Positions 31,542 through 42,308 of a DNA stretch of 64,000 nt are shown here, piece after piece. Below the pieces are notes generated by a model that had not been told where the DNA came from, made no database searches, and saw only the letters and a program-made list of their open reading frames with translations. The position numbers and the translations under genes were made by a program. The stretch lies in contig JAVVGL010000003.1 in the NCBI GenBank assembly GCA_032249135.1, forward strand, positions 62,893-126,892. Reading direction: 5' to 3'. The stretch comes from Candidatus Calescibacterium sp. (GTDB taxonomy: Bacteria; Calescibacteriota; Calescibacteriia; Calescibacteriales; Calescibacteriaceae). Positions within the stretch are counted from its first letter, which is position 1; each line of letters begins with the position of its first letter.

Positions 31542-32280
31542 CTTTTACCACCTCCTTGGGCAAGATTATTTCGAAAATCGTTTTCATATTTTCAAGGTTT
31601 TCTTTTATAATATAATCTTTTTTTTTCATAAATTTATTCAAATGATTGCTATTGAGCAACCTTATTTTTCCACCAATTCTTGATAAAATTTTCTTCACTA
31701 TATATAGTCCCATTCCAGTTCCTCCCTCTTTTGTTGTAAAGAAAGGATCAAATATCTTTTTTCTTATATCATCCGGGATCCCAGGACCGGAATCAGCAAT
31801 AAAGATAGAAAGTTTATTGTTTTTTTCTCTGCAAAATATTTTTATTGTTTTTTCTGGGGAATTTTCAAGAGCATCTGCAGCGTTTGATATGAGATTTATA
31901 AAAACCTGATCTATTAACTTCCTTTCACCTTTTAACTTTATTTCAGGTATATCAACTTCAAAATTTATTCCAGAAAGCTTTTTTCCAAGAATTTTTCTGG
32001 CGAACTCAACTGAATCACTTATGTAAAAATCCTCCTGCCCCAAATCTCCTTTAGCTTTATAAAGTTTTCGGAAAGCTTCTACCATATCAGATGCCTGATT
32101 TACAAGCTCAACAATTTTCAAAAATTTGTCTTTTGCTTTGCTATCGATTGTTATTTGAGCTCCTATCTCAGCATTCCCTTTTATAGCAGTAAGATAGTTT
32201 CTTATATCATGAATTATAGAAGATGTGAGCAAAGATAATCCGGCCAATTCTTCTAACCTTCTTTTTCTTTCCTTATTCAT
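31534..32280 (-). CDS. Histidine kinase (HisKA + HATPase, no sensor domain)
   Basis: HDIRNYL, QVFINLISNAADA, DSGPGI, FDPFFTTK, GTGMGL; ATG 32280 with AGGGAG RBS. Confidence 0.9.
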   Translation of the reverse strand: MNKERKRRLEELAGLSLLTSSIIHDIRNYLTAIKGNAEIGAQITIDSKAKDKFLKIVELVNQASDMVEAFRKLYKAKGDLGQEDFYISDSVEFARKILGKKLSGINFEVDIPEIKLKGERKLIDQVFINLISNAADALENSPEKTIKIFCREKNNKLSIFIADSGPGIPDDIRKKIFDPFFTTKEGGTGMGLYIVKKILSRIGGKIRLLNSNHLNKFMKKKDYIIKENLENMKTIFEIILPKEVVKDG

Positions 32281-32401
32281 TTGAATAAACTCCCTTGAAA
32301 TTTTTAAATAAATGAATAATTTAATCTTAGGTGAGCGTTTTTTCACGTCTTGCGATAAATAGGGAGAGGTTTTATTCTTTACTCTTAAGTTTTTACATCC
32401 A

Positions 32402-33454
32402 TCAAATTTTTCCTTCAATTTTCTCCTTTATTTTTCTTTTGACCATCCCCTTTTCCAGAAAATATCTTATCGCATCTTTTACTGCATCTTCAATAGGAGA
32501 TATTGTATATCCCAATTCCTTTATCGCTTTTTCTGACGAGTAAAATAGATTAAGAAGAGATGCTCTTGCCTGTGCACGGGTTATCAATGGTGGATTTCCC
32601 GAAATCTTTGCCCACAATTCAAGAATAAATCCAACAATCTGTCCTAAAAAAGAAGACAAATGGCGAGGTAATTTCAAAGGTTTTCTCAATCCGGTTATAC
32701 GAGAAAGAATATCAAAAAATTCAGATAAAAATATGTTATGTCCCCCGAGAATATAAATCTCACCTTTTTTTCCTTTTTCAAGAGCAAGAACATGCCCCCG
32801 AGCAACATCTTTTACATTCACAAAAGAAAACCCTACATCTGAATAAAAAGGAATTTCCCTGTTGAGAAATTTGAGTATGAGAAGTCCCGTTGGAGTTGGC
32901 TTGTAATCTCCCCAACCTATTGGAGCAGAAGGACAAACTATCACAATATCAGCTCCCTCCTTTATTTTTCTTATAACCTCTTTTTGAGCCAAAATTTTAC
33001 TCCGAGCATAATGATCTCCCAAATTCCATGGGTCAAAATACCATTTTGGCGGATTTTCAAGTGCAGTTTCATCTATGGGATTTGAATCCCGTGATAATCC
33101 TATTGCTCCTGTTGTACTTGTATAGACTATTCTTTCAACGCCAGCTTTCAAAGCTTCCTCAATTACATTTAATGTTCCTTTGATGTTTGTTTCATAAAAC
33201 AAATCTGTATTTTTTGCCCAAAAAAGATATGTTGCTCCAACATGAAAAACATAATTTATACCACGCATAGCCTTAGAAACTGAATCTCTATCTCGCAGAT
33301 CTCCCTCTCTTATTTCTATTTCAAGACCTTTTAAATTTTCAAGACTTGTATTTGGTCTTACGAAAGCTATTGGATTATACCCATTTTCTATTAGGGCTCT
33401 TATAACATTTGCTCCCACGAAACCATTTGCCCCGGTTACAAGGCATCTTTTCAT
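32402..33454 (-). CDS. NAD-dependent epimerase/dihydroflavonol reductase-like (HpnA-like)
   Basis: TGANGFVG, GDLRD, YARSK, PIGWGDYKPTPTG, DVARGH. Confidence 0.88.
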   Translation of the reverse strand: MKRCLVTGANGFVGANVIRALIENGYNPIAFVRPNTSLENLKGLEIEIREGDLRDRDSVSKAMRGINYVFHVGATYLFWAKNTDLFYETNIKGTLNVIEEALKAGVERIVYTSTTGAIGLSRDSNPIDETALENPPKWYFDPWNLGDHYARSKILAQKEVIRKIKEGADIVIVCPSAPIGWGDYKPTPTGLLILKFLNREIPFYSDVGFSFVNVKDVARGHVLALEKGKKGEIYILGGHNIFLSEFFDILSRITGLRKPLKLPRHLSSFLGQIVGFILELWAKISGNPPLITRAQARASLLNLFYSSEKAIKELGYTISPIEDAVKDAIRYFLEKGMVKRKIKEKIEGKI

Positions 33455-33602
33455 CTACTATCTATTTAAATACGGCAAAATTCTCTTTTGAAAAACCAAA
33501 AAACACATAAAAATACATAACTTTTTTATTACTTTTTTACTTTTTATTACCTTTTTTATTTTTATACTTTTCCCTTAATAAAGGGAAGGAGGAAAAAATG
33601 AG

Positions 33603-34520
33603 GTGGAGAAGACAGAATTTATTTGGTTTGATGGGAAATTTGTAAAATGGGAAGAGGCAAAGATACATGTTTTGAGCCACACCCTACACTATGGACTTGG
33701 AGTATTTGAAGGAATAAGGGTATATGAAGTCAATGAGAGGTTATCTGAAATTTTTTGTCTCAAAGAGCACATAAAGAGGCTACTTGATTCCGCAAAAATA
33801 GTCGGAATAAAATCTCCATTCAGTCAAGAACAATTAGAAAAAGCTGTTATTGAAACTGTGAAAATAAACAGGGTAAGGTCAGGATACATAAGACCAATAA
33901 TTTTTATAAGAGATGGAGAGATGGGACTATACGCTTATACAAATCCTGTAAGTGTTGCAATAGCTGCCTGGCCTTGGGGAACATACCTTGGAGAAGAGGG
34001 GGTGAAAAATGGAATAAGAGCTAAAATTTCATCTTTCCAAAGACATCATATTAACGCATCAATGACGAAAGCAAAAGTATGTGGTTACTATGTCAATTCA
34101 ATTCTTGCAAAAAGAGAAGCAAAGGAACTCGGATATGATGAAGCTATTTTGCTCGACACAGAAGGCTTTGTAGCAGAGGGTGCGGGAGAAAATATTTTCA
34201 TAGTCAAAGATGGAAAAGTTATCACACCACCACCTTACTCAATTTTACCAGGAATCACAAGGAAAGTCGTAATGATGTTTCTTAAAGAATTTGGTATAGA
34301 ATGTGAAGAAAGAAGATTCACAAGAGATGAGCTTTATACAGCCGATGAAGCTTTCCTCACAGGAACAGCAGCTGAAATAACTCCAATAAGAGAAGTAGAT
34401 GGAATAAAAATAGGGAACGGTGATTTCAAAATAACGAGAAAAATTCAAGATAAATTCTTCAAAGTCACAAGAGGACAAGACGAAAAATACCTAAATCTAC
34501 TCACATTTGTGGAAATATAA
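33603..34520 (+). CDS. ilvE: Branched-chain amino acid aminotransferase
   Basis: LHYGLGVFEGIR, YIRP, KAKVCGYYVNS, EGAGEN, ILPGITR, GTAAE. Confidence 0.97.
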   Translation: MEKTEFIWFDGKFVKWEEAKIHVLSHTLHYGLGVFEGIRVYEVNERLSEIFCLKEHIKRLLDSAKIVGIKSPFSQEQLEKAVIETVKINRVRSGYIRPIIFIRDGEMGLYAYTNPVSVAIAAWPWGTYLGEEGVKNGIRAKISSFQRHHINASMTKAKVCGYYVNSILAKREAKELGYDEAILLDTEGFVAEGAGENIFIVKDGKVITPPPYSILPGITRKVVMMFLKEFGIECEERRFTRDELYTADEAFLTGTAAEITPIREVDGIKIGNGDFKITRKIQDKFFKVTRGQDEKYLNLLTFVEI

Positions 34521-34558
34521 TCATAGGAAATATAATCATACACCTCAACCAAGTAATT

Positions 34559-35080
34559 CTATTTTTCTCTTGAAACATCAATTTCAAGTGGAATAGGATT
34601 AGTTATACAATAAACAGCTGGACATCTTTTAATTGCGATTTCTTTCACAAGATTTATTTTTTCTTGTGGTTCATCTGACTTTATATGAACCGTCATTTTT
34701 ATCTTCTCAACAACTGGATCGTCAGAAAGCCCCAAAGGTCGCCTCAAATTCACCTCGTTTTCTGCTACTACTTCTATTGAATCAACTTTGAGATTGTGTT
34801 CAGCTGCAACCGCTGCAAAAGTTCCAAGAAAGCATGAAGCCATACCAAAAAGACAGAATTGAATTGGATTAGGAGCTCTACCTCCTCCACCTGCAAACGG
34901 AGCCCCATCGCATTCTATTTTCACTTTACCTTTTGGAAACTCAAGCTCAGAAAACATCTGAGGTAGGTTTTCATCAAAGTTCCACACAACTTTGACCTGC
35001 ATTTTTCTTCTGAGCAACCCTTCATCCTGTTTTGCGTCCTCAAGAAACTTACTTATAGCTTGCAGATTTACATTCTTCAT
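34559..35080 (-). CDS. OsmC family protein
   Basis: GGGGRAPNP..ASC and RCPA redox cysteines. Confidence 0.85.
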   Translation of the reverse strand: MKNVNLQAISKFLEDAKQDEGLLRRKMQVKVVWNFDENLPQMFSELEFPKGKVKIECDGAPFAGGGGRAPNPIQFCLFGMASCFLGTFAAVAAEHNLKVDSIEVVAENEVNLRRPLGLSDDPVVEKIKMTVHIKSDEPQEKINLVKEIAIKRCPAVYCITNPIPLEIDVSREK

Positions 35081-35173
35081 ACCAGAAAATATATTAAGCA
35101 AGGAGTAAAATTTTTCAAGATTACTGGAAATTTCAAATTACAGAAATTTTTACAGATCAAAGAGAAAATTCAT

Positions 35174-35608
35174 TTACCTTTTTTTGATTTGTTTTTTTAG
35201 ACTTTCATACCATAACTGCAATTCTTGCTCCGGAATTTTTGTTCTGAGCTGAGTGAGCCACTCTGCAAGCTCATCAAGCTCTTTCTCATCTCCTTTCCAT
35301 TTAATCTTGTGTTTTTTGCCTTTTTCGTTTGTTATTTCTTTTTTCAACCATTTTTTTATCCAATCTTTATCTCTTGTCAGACCAACATCCGAGTGGTCTT
35401 TTATCTTCCTATCTTCAAGCAAAGACTCTTCAAGAGGCTTTATATCCTCCGATTTTATTGAGTGGCATTTTATACACCTTTGCTCTATAAAAATCTGTTT
35501 TGGATCAGCAAAACTAAAAGAAGGAACTAAAAAAAAGAAAAAAAGAAAAGAAATAAAAAAACTTGCAATCTTTACTCTTTCAGTAATTTTTCCCATGTAA
35601 AAGTTCAT
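35174..35608 (-). CDS. Monoheme c-type cytochrome
   Basis: Signal peptide (SFA-D) followed by CIKCH. Confidence 0.8.
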   Translation of the reverse strand: MNFYMGKITERVKIASFFISFLFFFFLVPSFSFADPKQIFIEQRCIKCHSIKSEDIKPLEESLLEDRKIKDHSDVGLTRDKDWIKKWLKKEITNEKGKKHKIKWKGDEKELDELAEWLTQLRTKIPEQELQLWYESLKKQIKKR

Positions 35609-35636
35609 TTTGTCTTAATCTTAACATCTATAAAAT

Positions 35637-38519
35637 TCAATTTTCTCTTCCACAGCATTTTTTGTATTTTTTACCTGAACCACAGGGACAAGGATCGTTT
35701 CTTCCTATCTTTGTTCCGCGAACATAAGGGGAATGAGATGAATAAGATGCAACAGATTGAGAAGGTTCAGCCGACGCCGAAATTTCAGCCCCCATGCCCG
35801 CTCCAACCAGTACTCCTCCTGATATAGGAGAAGATCTTAAAACTCTAATATTTCTTTGAGAGCGCCTTGCCATTGTGTTCCACGCAGCAGCTAATTCCTC
35901 CTCTTCTTTACTTTCCTCCTCTATTCTGAAAGCAAAAAGTTTAGATAACGCAGTTTTTCTGAATTTTGACATCATATCAAGGAAGAGGAAAAATCCCTCT
36001 TTTTTGTATTCAACGAGAGGATCAAGATGACCATATCCTCTCATACCAACGGCATCACGGAGCTGATCCATAGCATAAAGATGTCTTCTCCACATAGTAT
36101 CAAGAGTGTTGAGGAGAAGAAAGGTTTCTATCATATGAGCTACACCTTCATCCATCAAAGAGATTTTTTCTTCGTACTTTTGTATCAGAAAAGATACAAG
36201 CTCATCTTTCACCTGCTCAACATCTGAAAAATCTGAGATTTCAGGAAAAGGCAGATTAAATATACTTTCAAACTCCTTTGCTAATCCTTCAATATCAGAT
36301 TCACCTTTTTTCGGGATATACTTTTCAAAAAGACTTTCAATTTCTTCACGAATAATCGAGAAAATAATTTCTCTTACATTATTGCCTTCAAGGATTTTTC
36401 TTCTGAGAGAGTAAACAGTCATCCTTTGCTTGTTCATAACATCGTCATATTCAAGCAGGTGTTTTCTTATTTCAAAGTTATATGCTTCAACTCTCTTTTG
36501 AGCATTCTCTATTGCTTTTGTGACCCATTTGTGCTGTATCGGTTCTCCTCTTTTCATCCCGAACCTCTGCATAAGCGGAGCTATTCTATCTGAGCCAAAA
36601 ATACGCATAAGGTCATCCTCTAATGAGACATAAAATCGTGAAGAACCAGGATCCCCTTGCCTTCCCGCTCTTCCCCTCAACTGATTATCAATCCTTCTTG
36701 ATTCGTGTCTTTCCGTTCCTATTATATGAAGTCCGCCAAGCTCAATAACTTTTTTTCTCTCTTCCTTGCAAATTTGCTCATATTTTTTGAGAGCTTTTTC
36801 GTATTCCTCCGGAGTGGCATCCCATCCTACTTCCTGACGCGCAAGCATCTCAGGGTTCCCACCGAGTATTATATCAACTCCTCTTCCTGCCATGTTTGTA
36901 GCAACAGTTACAGCCCCCAATCTTCCCGCCTGAGCTATGATGTAAGCTTCTCTTTCGTGATTTTTTGCATTCAAAACCTGATGAGGAATTCCCCTCCTTT
37001 TGAGCATCTCAGATAGCTTCTCATTTTTTTCTATTGATGTTGTTCCAACAAGAACAGGTCTCCCAACTTTCCAACACTCTTCTATCTCTTTCACAACAGC
37101 TTCAAATTTTTCTTCCTGAGTAAGATACACGACATCGTCGTAATCAATTCTTATCATAGGTTTGTGAGTTGGGATAACAACAACATCAAGGTTGTAAATT
37201 TCTTTGAACTCTGCGGCTTCTGTTTCAGCAGTTCCTGTCATACCTGCAAGTTTTTTATACATTCTGAAAAAGTTTTGAAATGAAATTGAAGCGAGTGTTT
37301 GAGTCTCTGCCTCTATTTTTAGTCCTTCTTTCGCTTCTATTGCTTGATGAAGACCATCTGACCATCTTCTGCCCGGCATAAGTCTTCCTGTGAATTCATC
37401 TACGATTATAACCTTTCCATCTTTTACTACATAGTCAACATCTCTGTGGAAAAGATGATGAGCTCGCAGAGATTGAATGAGATGGTGGAGTATTTCTATA
37501 TTTACTGGGTCATACAAGTTATGAACTCCTAAAATCCTTTCAGCTTTTGATATCCCACTTTCTTTTAAAATAACTTGACGGGTTTTCTCATCAACTTCAA
37601 AATCTTCACCCTTTTTCAGGAGCCTTGCGCATCTGTCAACTTGATAATAAAGTGATATGTCTTCTTCTGCTGGACCAGATATTATAAGAGGAGTTCTTGC
37701 TTCATCTATGAGAATTGAATCAACTTCATCTATTATTGCGTAGTAAAGCTCTCTTTGAACCATATCCTCTATTGAATATTTCATATTATCTCTGAGATAA
37801 TCAAAAGCGAACTCATTGTTTGTACCATAAGTTATATCACATAAGTAAGCTTGTTTTCTTGTTGTTGAAACCAAAGTTGTCTGAAAAGCACTTATAGCGT
37901 CCATATTTATTTTTTCAGGTGGTAGAGGATCATTTATTATGTGTCCGGGAGGCCAGGCTCTTATGTTCTCTTCAATTGCTTTCTGAACAAGTTCCGGAAA
38001 CTGCCACTCAACTTTATATGAGACTTCAAGCTGATTTATAACACCTACTTCTAACCCCAAGAATTTATAAATTGGACCCATCCAAGTTGCGTCACGCCGA
38101 GCAAGATAATCGTTAACAGTTACGAGATGACAGCCTCGTCCCTCAAGGGCTCGGAGAGCAAGAGGTAAGGTAGCAACCAAAGTTTTACCTTCTCCCGTTT
38201 TCATTTCAGCTATTTTCCCCTCATAAAGAACGACCCCACCTATTATTTGGACATCAAAATGTCTTTTCCCTAATACTCTTTTTGAAACTTCTCTCACAAG
38301 AGCAAAATACTCCGGCAATATATCATCCGGTGATACTTTATCTTCAATAACTTTTCTTTTGTATTCAAGGGCAATTTCTCTCAATTTTTTGTTTGGAAGT
38401 TTGTCAAATTCTTCCTCGGCAGCAAGTATATGGCTGAAATACTTATTCTTTATTCTTTTTACTTCTCTTTCGCTTTTCGTTCCGAGTATCTTTGAGAAAA
38501 ATTTTTCCCATATCCCCAT
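35637..38519 (-). CDS. secA: Preprotein translocase SecA
   Basis: [69 protein letters not shown]. Confidence 0.99.
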   Translation of the reverse strand: MGIWEKFFSKILGTKSEREVKRIKNKYFSHILAAEEEFDKLPNKKLREIALEYKRKVIEDKVSPDDILPEYFALVREVSKRVLGKRHFDVQIIGGVVLYEGKIAEMKTGEGKTLVATLPLALRALEGRGCHLVTVNDYLARRDATWMGPIYKFLGLEVGVINQLEVSYKVEWQFPELVQKAIEENIRAWPPGHIINDPLPPEKINMDAISAFQTTLVSTTRKQAYLCDITYGTNNEFAFDYLRDNMKYSIEDMVQRELYYAIIDEVDSILIDEARTPLIISGPAEEDISLYYQVDRCARLLKKGEDFEVDEKTRQVILKESGISKAERILGVHNLYDPVNIEILHHLIQSLRAHHLFHRDVDYVVKDGKVIIVDEFTGRLMPGRRWSDGLHQAIEAKEGLKIEAETQTLASISFQNFFRMYKKLAGMTGTAETEAAEFKEIYNLDVVVIPTHKPMIRIDYDDVVYLTQEEKFEAVVKEIEECWKVGRPVLVGTTSIEKNEKLSEMLKRRGIPHQVLNAKNHEREAYIIAQAGRLGAVTVATNMAGRGVDIILGGNPEMLARQEVGWDATPEEYEKALKKYEQICKEERKKVIELGGLHIIGTERHESRRIDNQLRGRAGRQGDPGSSRFYVSLEDDLMRIFGSDRIAPLMQRFGMKRGEPIQHKWVTKAIENAQKRVEAYNFEIRKHLLEYDDVMNKQRMTVYSLRRKILEGNNVREIIFSIIREEIESLFEKYIPKKGESDIEGLAKEFESIFNLPFPEISDFSDVEQVKDELVSFLIQKYEEKISLMDEGVAHMIETFLLLNTLDTMWRRHLYAMDQLRDAVGMRGYGHLDPLVEYKKEGFFLFLDMMSKFRKTALSKLFAFRIEEESKEEEELAAAWNTMARRSQRNIRVLRSSPISGGVLVGAGMGAEISASAEPSQSVASYSSHSPYVRGTKIGRNDPCPCGSGKKYKKCCGREN

Positions 38520-38602
38520 AAGATATTAAAATAAACTTTGATTTTTATAAGGGAGAAAAAACAAAACTAAACAATAAGATTTACAATTTTATAAAGATTT
38601 AT

Positions 38603-39559
38603 TTACACCTTTATAAGATTTACAACTGGACCTGGTTCAGCTTTTATTTCAAGGATATCTGCCTCAAGGATCTCTCCATCATAGTTTATACCTGCATTAT
38701 AGGCTTTTATTATCACTTCTGACGCAATATCGCTGAAAGAATGGGGAGGTCTTTTTTTCCCGGTAGCATAAGTTCTAAAATTTCTCAAAGCAGTCCAAAC
38801 ATCTCCAGAATATACAAAAAAGAAAAAGCCATGTTTATATTTATCAACTTCTGCAAATGGGCTGAAAAACAAGGCAGGTTCCCTGAAAACAGATCCGACA
38901 ACAACATAGTGCTGCAAATAAGGATATTTTTGTCCGTCTATAAAAAATTCAGCTTTTATTTTCTTCAAGAACCTATCTTTTTCCTCTCCTATTACAAACT
39001 TAGCGATTATGGTGTAAATAGTTTGTAGAATTTTTGCCTTGGATTTTAATCTGTCTTCTATTATTTTTTTAGAAATAAGGAAAGGAACTCCCATAAAAAA
39101 AGTAAAACAAAGTTCTGGTTTCTCTTTTCCTTTTATATGTAGCTTTATTGTGCTAAATTTTCTTATGTTGTCTCGTGGTATAAATGAATTATCTTTTATA
39201 GAATCAAGAAGATCTCTAAATCTTATCATTATATCATCTAAATCTCCTTTCAGAGGTATTTTATCTGGGATAGCATTCAACGATCCTGCTTTTCCGTGCA
39301 ATATAGGAATTTCTAGTTCGTTTTTCATTCCAGATTTATACCAAAGATGATTTATACCCTTATTTAGTGTTCCATCACCTCCAACAAAACACCATAAATC
39401 AACTTTTCTGAAGTTTTCGTCTATTATTTCAACTACTTCTTCCAGATTCTTTGTTTCCGCTATTACAACAACCCTATCTTTAAGTATAGATTTTATTCTC
39501 TCACTTATTCCACGAGAAACTCTCTGAGCATTAGCATTACATATTACTCCTATTTTCAT
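38603..39559 (-). CDS. Diacylglycerol/lipid kinase family protein
   Basis: N-terminal ICNANA, GGDGT, AGSLN, YDGE. Confidence 0.75.
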   Translation of the reverse strand: MKIGVICNANAQRVSRGISERIKSILKDRVVVIAETKNLEEVVEIIDENFRKVDLWCFVGGDGTLNKGINHLWYKSGMKNELEIPILHGKAGSLNAIPDKIPLKGDLDDIMIRFRDLLDSIKDNSFIPRDNIRKFSTIKLHIKGKEKPELCFTFFMGVPFLISKKIIEDRLKSKAKILQTIYTIIAKFVIGEEKDRFLKKIKAEFFIDGQKYPYLQHYVVVGSVFREPALFFSPFAEVDKYKHGFFFFVYSGDVWTALRNFRTYATGKKRPPHSFSDIASEVIIKAYNAGINYDGEILEADILEIKAEPGPVVNLIKV

Positions 39560-39641
39560 CGGATGGAATCAAATCTCATTCAACACTTTCTTTCTAATTC
39601 CTTCTCAAAACGCAAATATAAAAGTTTTTAACATAAAATTT

Positions 39642-40124
39642 TCACAACAACTCAACAAGCCTTTCATCCGTTTTCCTTAACCTCATACTAATTATTTTTA
39701 CAATATTTTTCAGAAGAGCATATGATATTTCTTTATTTTCTTTTTCAAGTTTTTCAAAGTTTCTCCTTGGGAAAATAAAAATTGTACAATTTGTTTCGGC
39801 GACACAACTTGCAGAGCGAGGGAAATTATCAAATATAGCAAGCTCTCCAAAAGTTTCCCCTTTGCTAACTTCTCCAATTTTTTGTCCTAATTCATCTGTT
39901 GCAATACCAGGTTTTACCGTATCTTTTTTCCTCTTATATACACCAACAATACCCCGTAGGATAAAATAGAGTGAGTCGGCTATTTCCCCTTCCCTTAATA
40001 TCACCATTCCTTTTTTGAATTCAAACTTGTGCATATATTGTAGAAGGTATTTGATCTGCTCTGTAGTGAGACCCCGAAAAAAATTACTTATTACAAGTTC
40101 ACCTATAATTTTCTCATCGTTCAT
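39642..40124 (-). CDS. Cyclic nucleotide-binding domain protein
   Basis: GETFGELA...PRSASCVA. Confidence 0.9.
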   Translation of the reverse strand: MNDEKIIGELVISNFFRGLTTEQIKYLLQYMHKFEFKKGMVILREGEIADSLYFILRGIVGVYKRKKDTVKPGIATDELGQKIGEVSKGETFGELAIFDNFPRSASCVAETNCTIFIFPRRNFEKLEKENKEISYALLKNIVKIISMRLRKTDERLVELL

Positions 40125-40248
40125 CCAATTTAAAAATGTAAGAAGAAATTACAAATTTTTAGGATTAAAGAGAAAAAAATATCTTACCATTTTTCAAAAA
40201 ATAGCGAAATTTTATTTTTCTTCTCTTACCAGAATAAATTATACTACT

Positions 40249-40338
40249 ATGGAATATGCACCATATGTTATTTCTGCATATGCGATTTTTTGGATTTCAA
40301 TTATATCGCTCACAATCTATGTGATTATGAAAAAGTAA
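40249..40338 (+). CDS. CcmD-like small membrane peptide (possibly truncated)
   Basis: MEYAPYVISAYAIFWISIISLTIYVIMKK; YV.xAY pattern of heme exporter protein D. Confidence 0.45.
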   Translation: MEYAPYVISAYAIFWISIISLTIYVIMKK

Positions 40339-40446
40339 TATGAAAAAGTAAATAAAAAATTAAATTTTTATATTTTATTAAATCGGCTTGAGCAAAGCAG
40401 ACCTGAAAAGTAGATATCACAAAAATTTCATAATCTCAGTCAGATC

Positions 40447-40854
40447 ATGTCAAAAAAAGAGATAGAATTTTTGAAGGAAAGAAGTAGAAAATTTTTTCTT
40501 AATGCACTATATCTTTTCAGAAAAGGACATTATGATCTTTGTGCTTTTAATTTAGAGCAGTCATGCCAACTTTACCTCAAATATTTGATTGCAAAGAAAA
40601 TAGGAGATTGGCCAAAAACTCACTATCTTCATGAACTCATCAAAAGACTAAGTGAAGTTTATGAAAAACCCGAAATAAACAATTACTTATTAGAAAATGA
40701 AATATTTTTTGATGACCTAACAGATGCCTATTTTACTTCACGATATCTGCCGAAAACATTCAATAGGAATTTAGTGAAGAAAATGGTTCAGGAATACAAA
40801 AAGTTTCTAAAATTCATAGAAAAAACTTTAAATGAAAAATTAATTGAAAAATAA
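40447..40854 (+). CDS. HEPN domain protein
   Basis: AFNLEQSCQLYLK, PKTHYL, YFTSRY. Confidence 0.9.
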   Translation: MSKKEIEFLKERSRKFFLNALYLFRKGHYDLCAFNLEQSCQLYLKYLIAKKIGDWPKTHYLHELIKRLSEVYEKPEINNYLLENEIFFDDLTDAYFTSRYLPKTFNRNLVKKMVQEYKKFLKFIEKTLNEKLIEK

Positions 40855-40868
40855 AAAATTGATGTGAT

Positions 40869-41228
40869 ATGAAAGATTTTGTATCAATAGAAAAAAAGAT
40901 TTGGGAGGAGAAAAAAAAGTATTTTGAGAACTATTTAGAATGGGGAAAAATAATAAAAGATATCTCACAGAAATTTTTAGGCAGGAGGGTAAGAGTTTTA
41001 ATTTTCGGATCAGTTGTGAAAGGAGAATGGGCTCCAAACAGCGATATAGATGTGCTGATCATATCACCAAAACTTTCAAAAAACTGGATAAAAAATCGCA
41101 AAATAAGAACAGAAATCAAAAAATTTATTGACCCAACCTCACCATTTCAGATACATCTTGCTCACCCAGATGAATTCAAATTATGGTGGAAAAAATTCAT
41201 CAAGAAAGATTATATTGAGATCAAATGA
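40869..41228 (+). CDS. Minimal nucleotidyltransferase (MNT)
   Basis: FGSVVKG....SDIDVLI; adjacent to HEPN gene. Confidence 0.9.
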   Translation: MKDFVSIEKKIWEEKKKYFENYLEWGKIIKDISQKFLGRRVRVLIFGSVVKGEWAPNSDIDVLIISPKLSKNWIKNRKIRTEIKKFIDPTSPFQIHLAHPDEFKLWWKKFIKKDYIEIK

Positions 41229-41336
41229 AATCAAAAAAAATAAAAGCAAAAACGAAAAGGTGAAAAAAAACGAAAATAAAAAAGAAATTAAATTGGAAAA
41301 TAAAAAGTGTAAGGAAAATAAATTGAAAATATTATT

Positions 41337-42308
41337 ATGATGAAAAAACAAAAAGTATTGCTATTTTCTTCGTTTTTATTTTTCATTTCAGGGTGTTTTT
41401 TTAGTGTGAATCTGCCGTCTGGACGCTACAGACCATTAGAAGAAGTTACAATTTTTGGAAAGGGAAAAGACAAAATTTTAATCACCAATATATCTGGTGT
41501 TATATCGTGGGAAGATATAAGGGATAGCAGAGGGTTTTTCTCTACTTCTGAACCATCTATTGTATCAAGAATAAAGGAGGAACTTGAAAAAGCATCAAAA
41601 GACGAAAATGTAAAAGCAGTAATATTTAAAGTTTCATCTCCGGGAGGTTTAGTCTCCGCTTCCGAAGCTATTTACAACGAGATAAAAAAATTCAAAGAAA
41701 AAAAGAAAGTTCCAATAGTAGCCTTTATCTCAACTCTCGGGGTTTCGGGATCTTACTATGTCATCTCTCCTGCCGATGTTATTATTGCAAGTCCCGGATC
41801 AACCGTAGGTTCAATTGGAGTTTATCTTATGAAATTAAATGTTGAAAAACTTTCAGAGAAGGTTGGAGTGGAATTTGAGGTGATAAAAGGAGGTTCTCAC
41901 AAAGATATGCTGCTTTTCCACAGAAAAATGACAGATGAAGAAAGAGCAAAAATTCAAAAACTGATTGACTACTATTTTTCACTTTTCAAAAGTCGTGTTT
42001 CAGAACATAGAGCTAATAAACTTAAAAAAGGAATAGATGAAATAGCAGATGGTTCGGTTTTCTCACCAGAAGAAGCTTTATCAGTTGGACTTATTGATAA
42101 AATCGGTGATATATATTCAGCAATAGATGAAGCAGTAAAACTTGCTGGTCTGAAAGATTGGAAAGTAATAGCTTATGTGAGGGAGGGAGAGAAACTCCCA
42201 ACAATTTGGGCTGATACTTACGGCTCCCAAGATATGAATCTTATTTTACGCAAAATTCTACCTTCCGGAGAATTTATGATTCTTTATCTTTGGCCAGGAG
42301 AGATGTAG
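41337..42308 (+). CDS. sppA: Signal peptide peptidase SppA (36K type, lipoprotein)
   Basis: Lipobox ISGC, SPGG, SGSYY, GSIGV, KD, GLID. Confidence 0.92.
   Translation: MMKKQKVLLFSSFLFFISGCFFSVNLPSGRYRPLEEVTIFGKGKDKILITNISGVISWEDIRDSRGFFSTSEPSIVSRIKEELEKASKDENVKAVIFKVSSPGGLVSASEAIYNEIKKFKEKKKVPIVAFISTLGVSGSYYVISPADVIIASPGSTVGSIGVYLMKLNVEKLSEKVGVEFEVIKGGSHKDMLLFHRKMTDEERAKIQKLIDYYFSLFKSRVSEHRANKLKKGIDEIADGSVFSPEEALSVGLIDKIGDIYSAIDEAVKLAGLKDWKVIAYVREGEKLPTIWADTYGSQDMNLILRKILPSGEFMILYLWPGEM

Noticed and set aside
41128-41340. Lys-rich 70-aa ORF
   Set aside because: Low-complexity A-rich intergenic sequence overlapping the MNT gene
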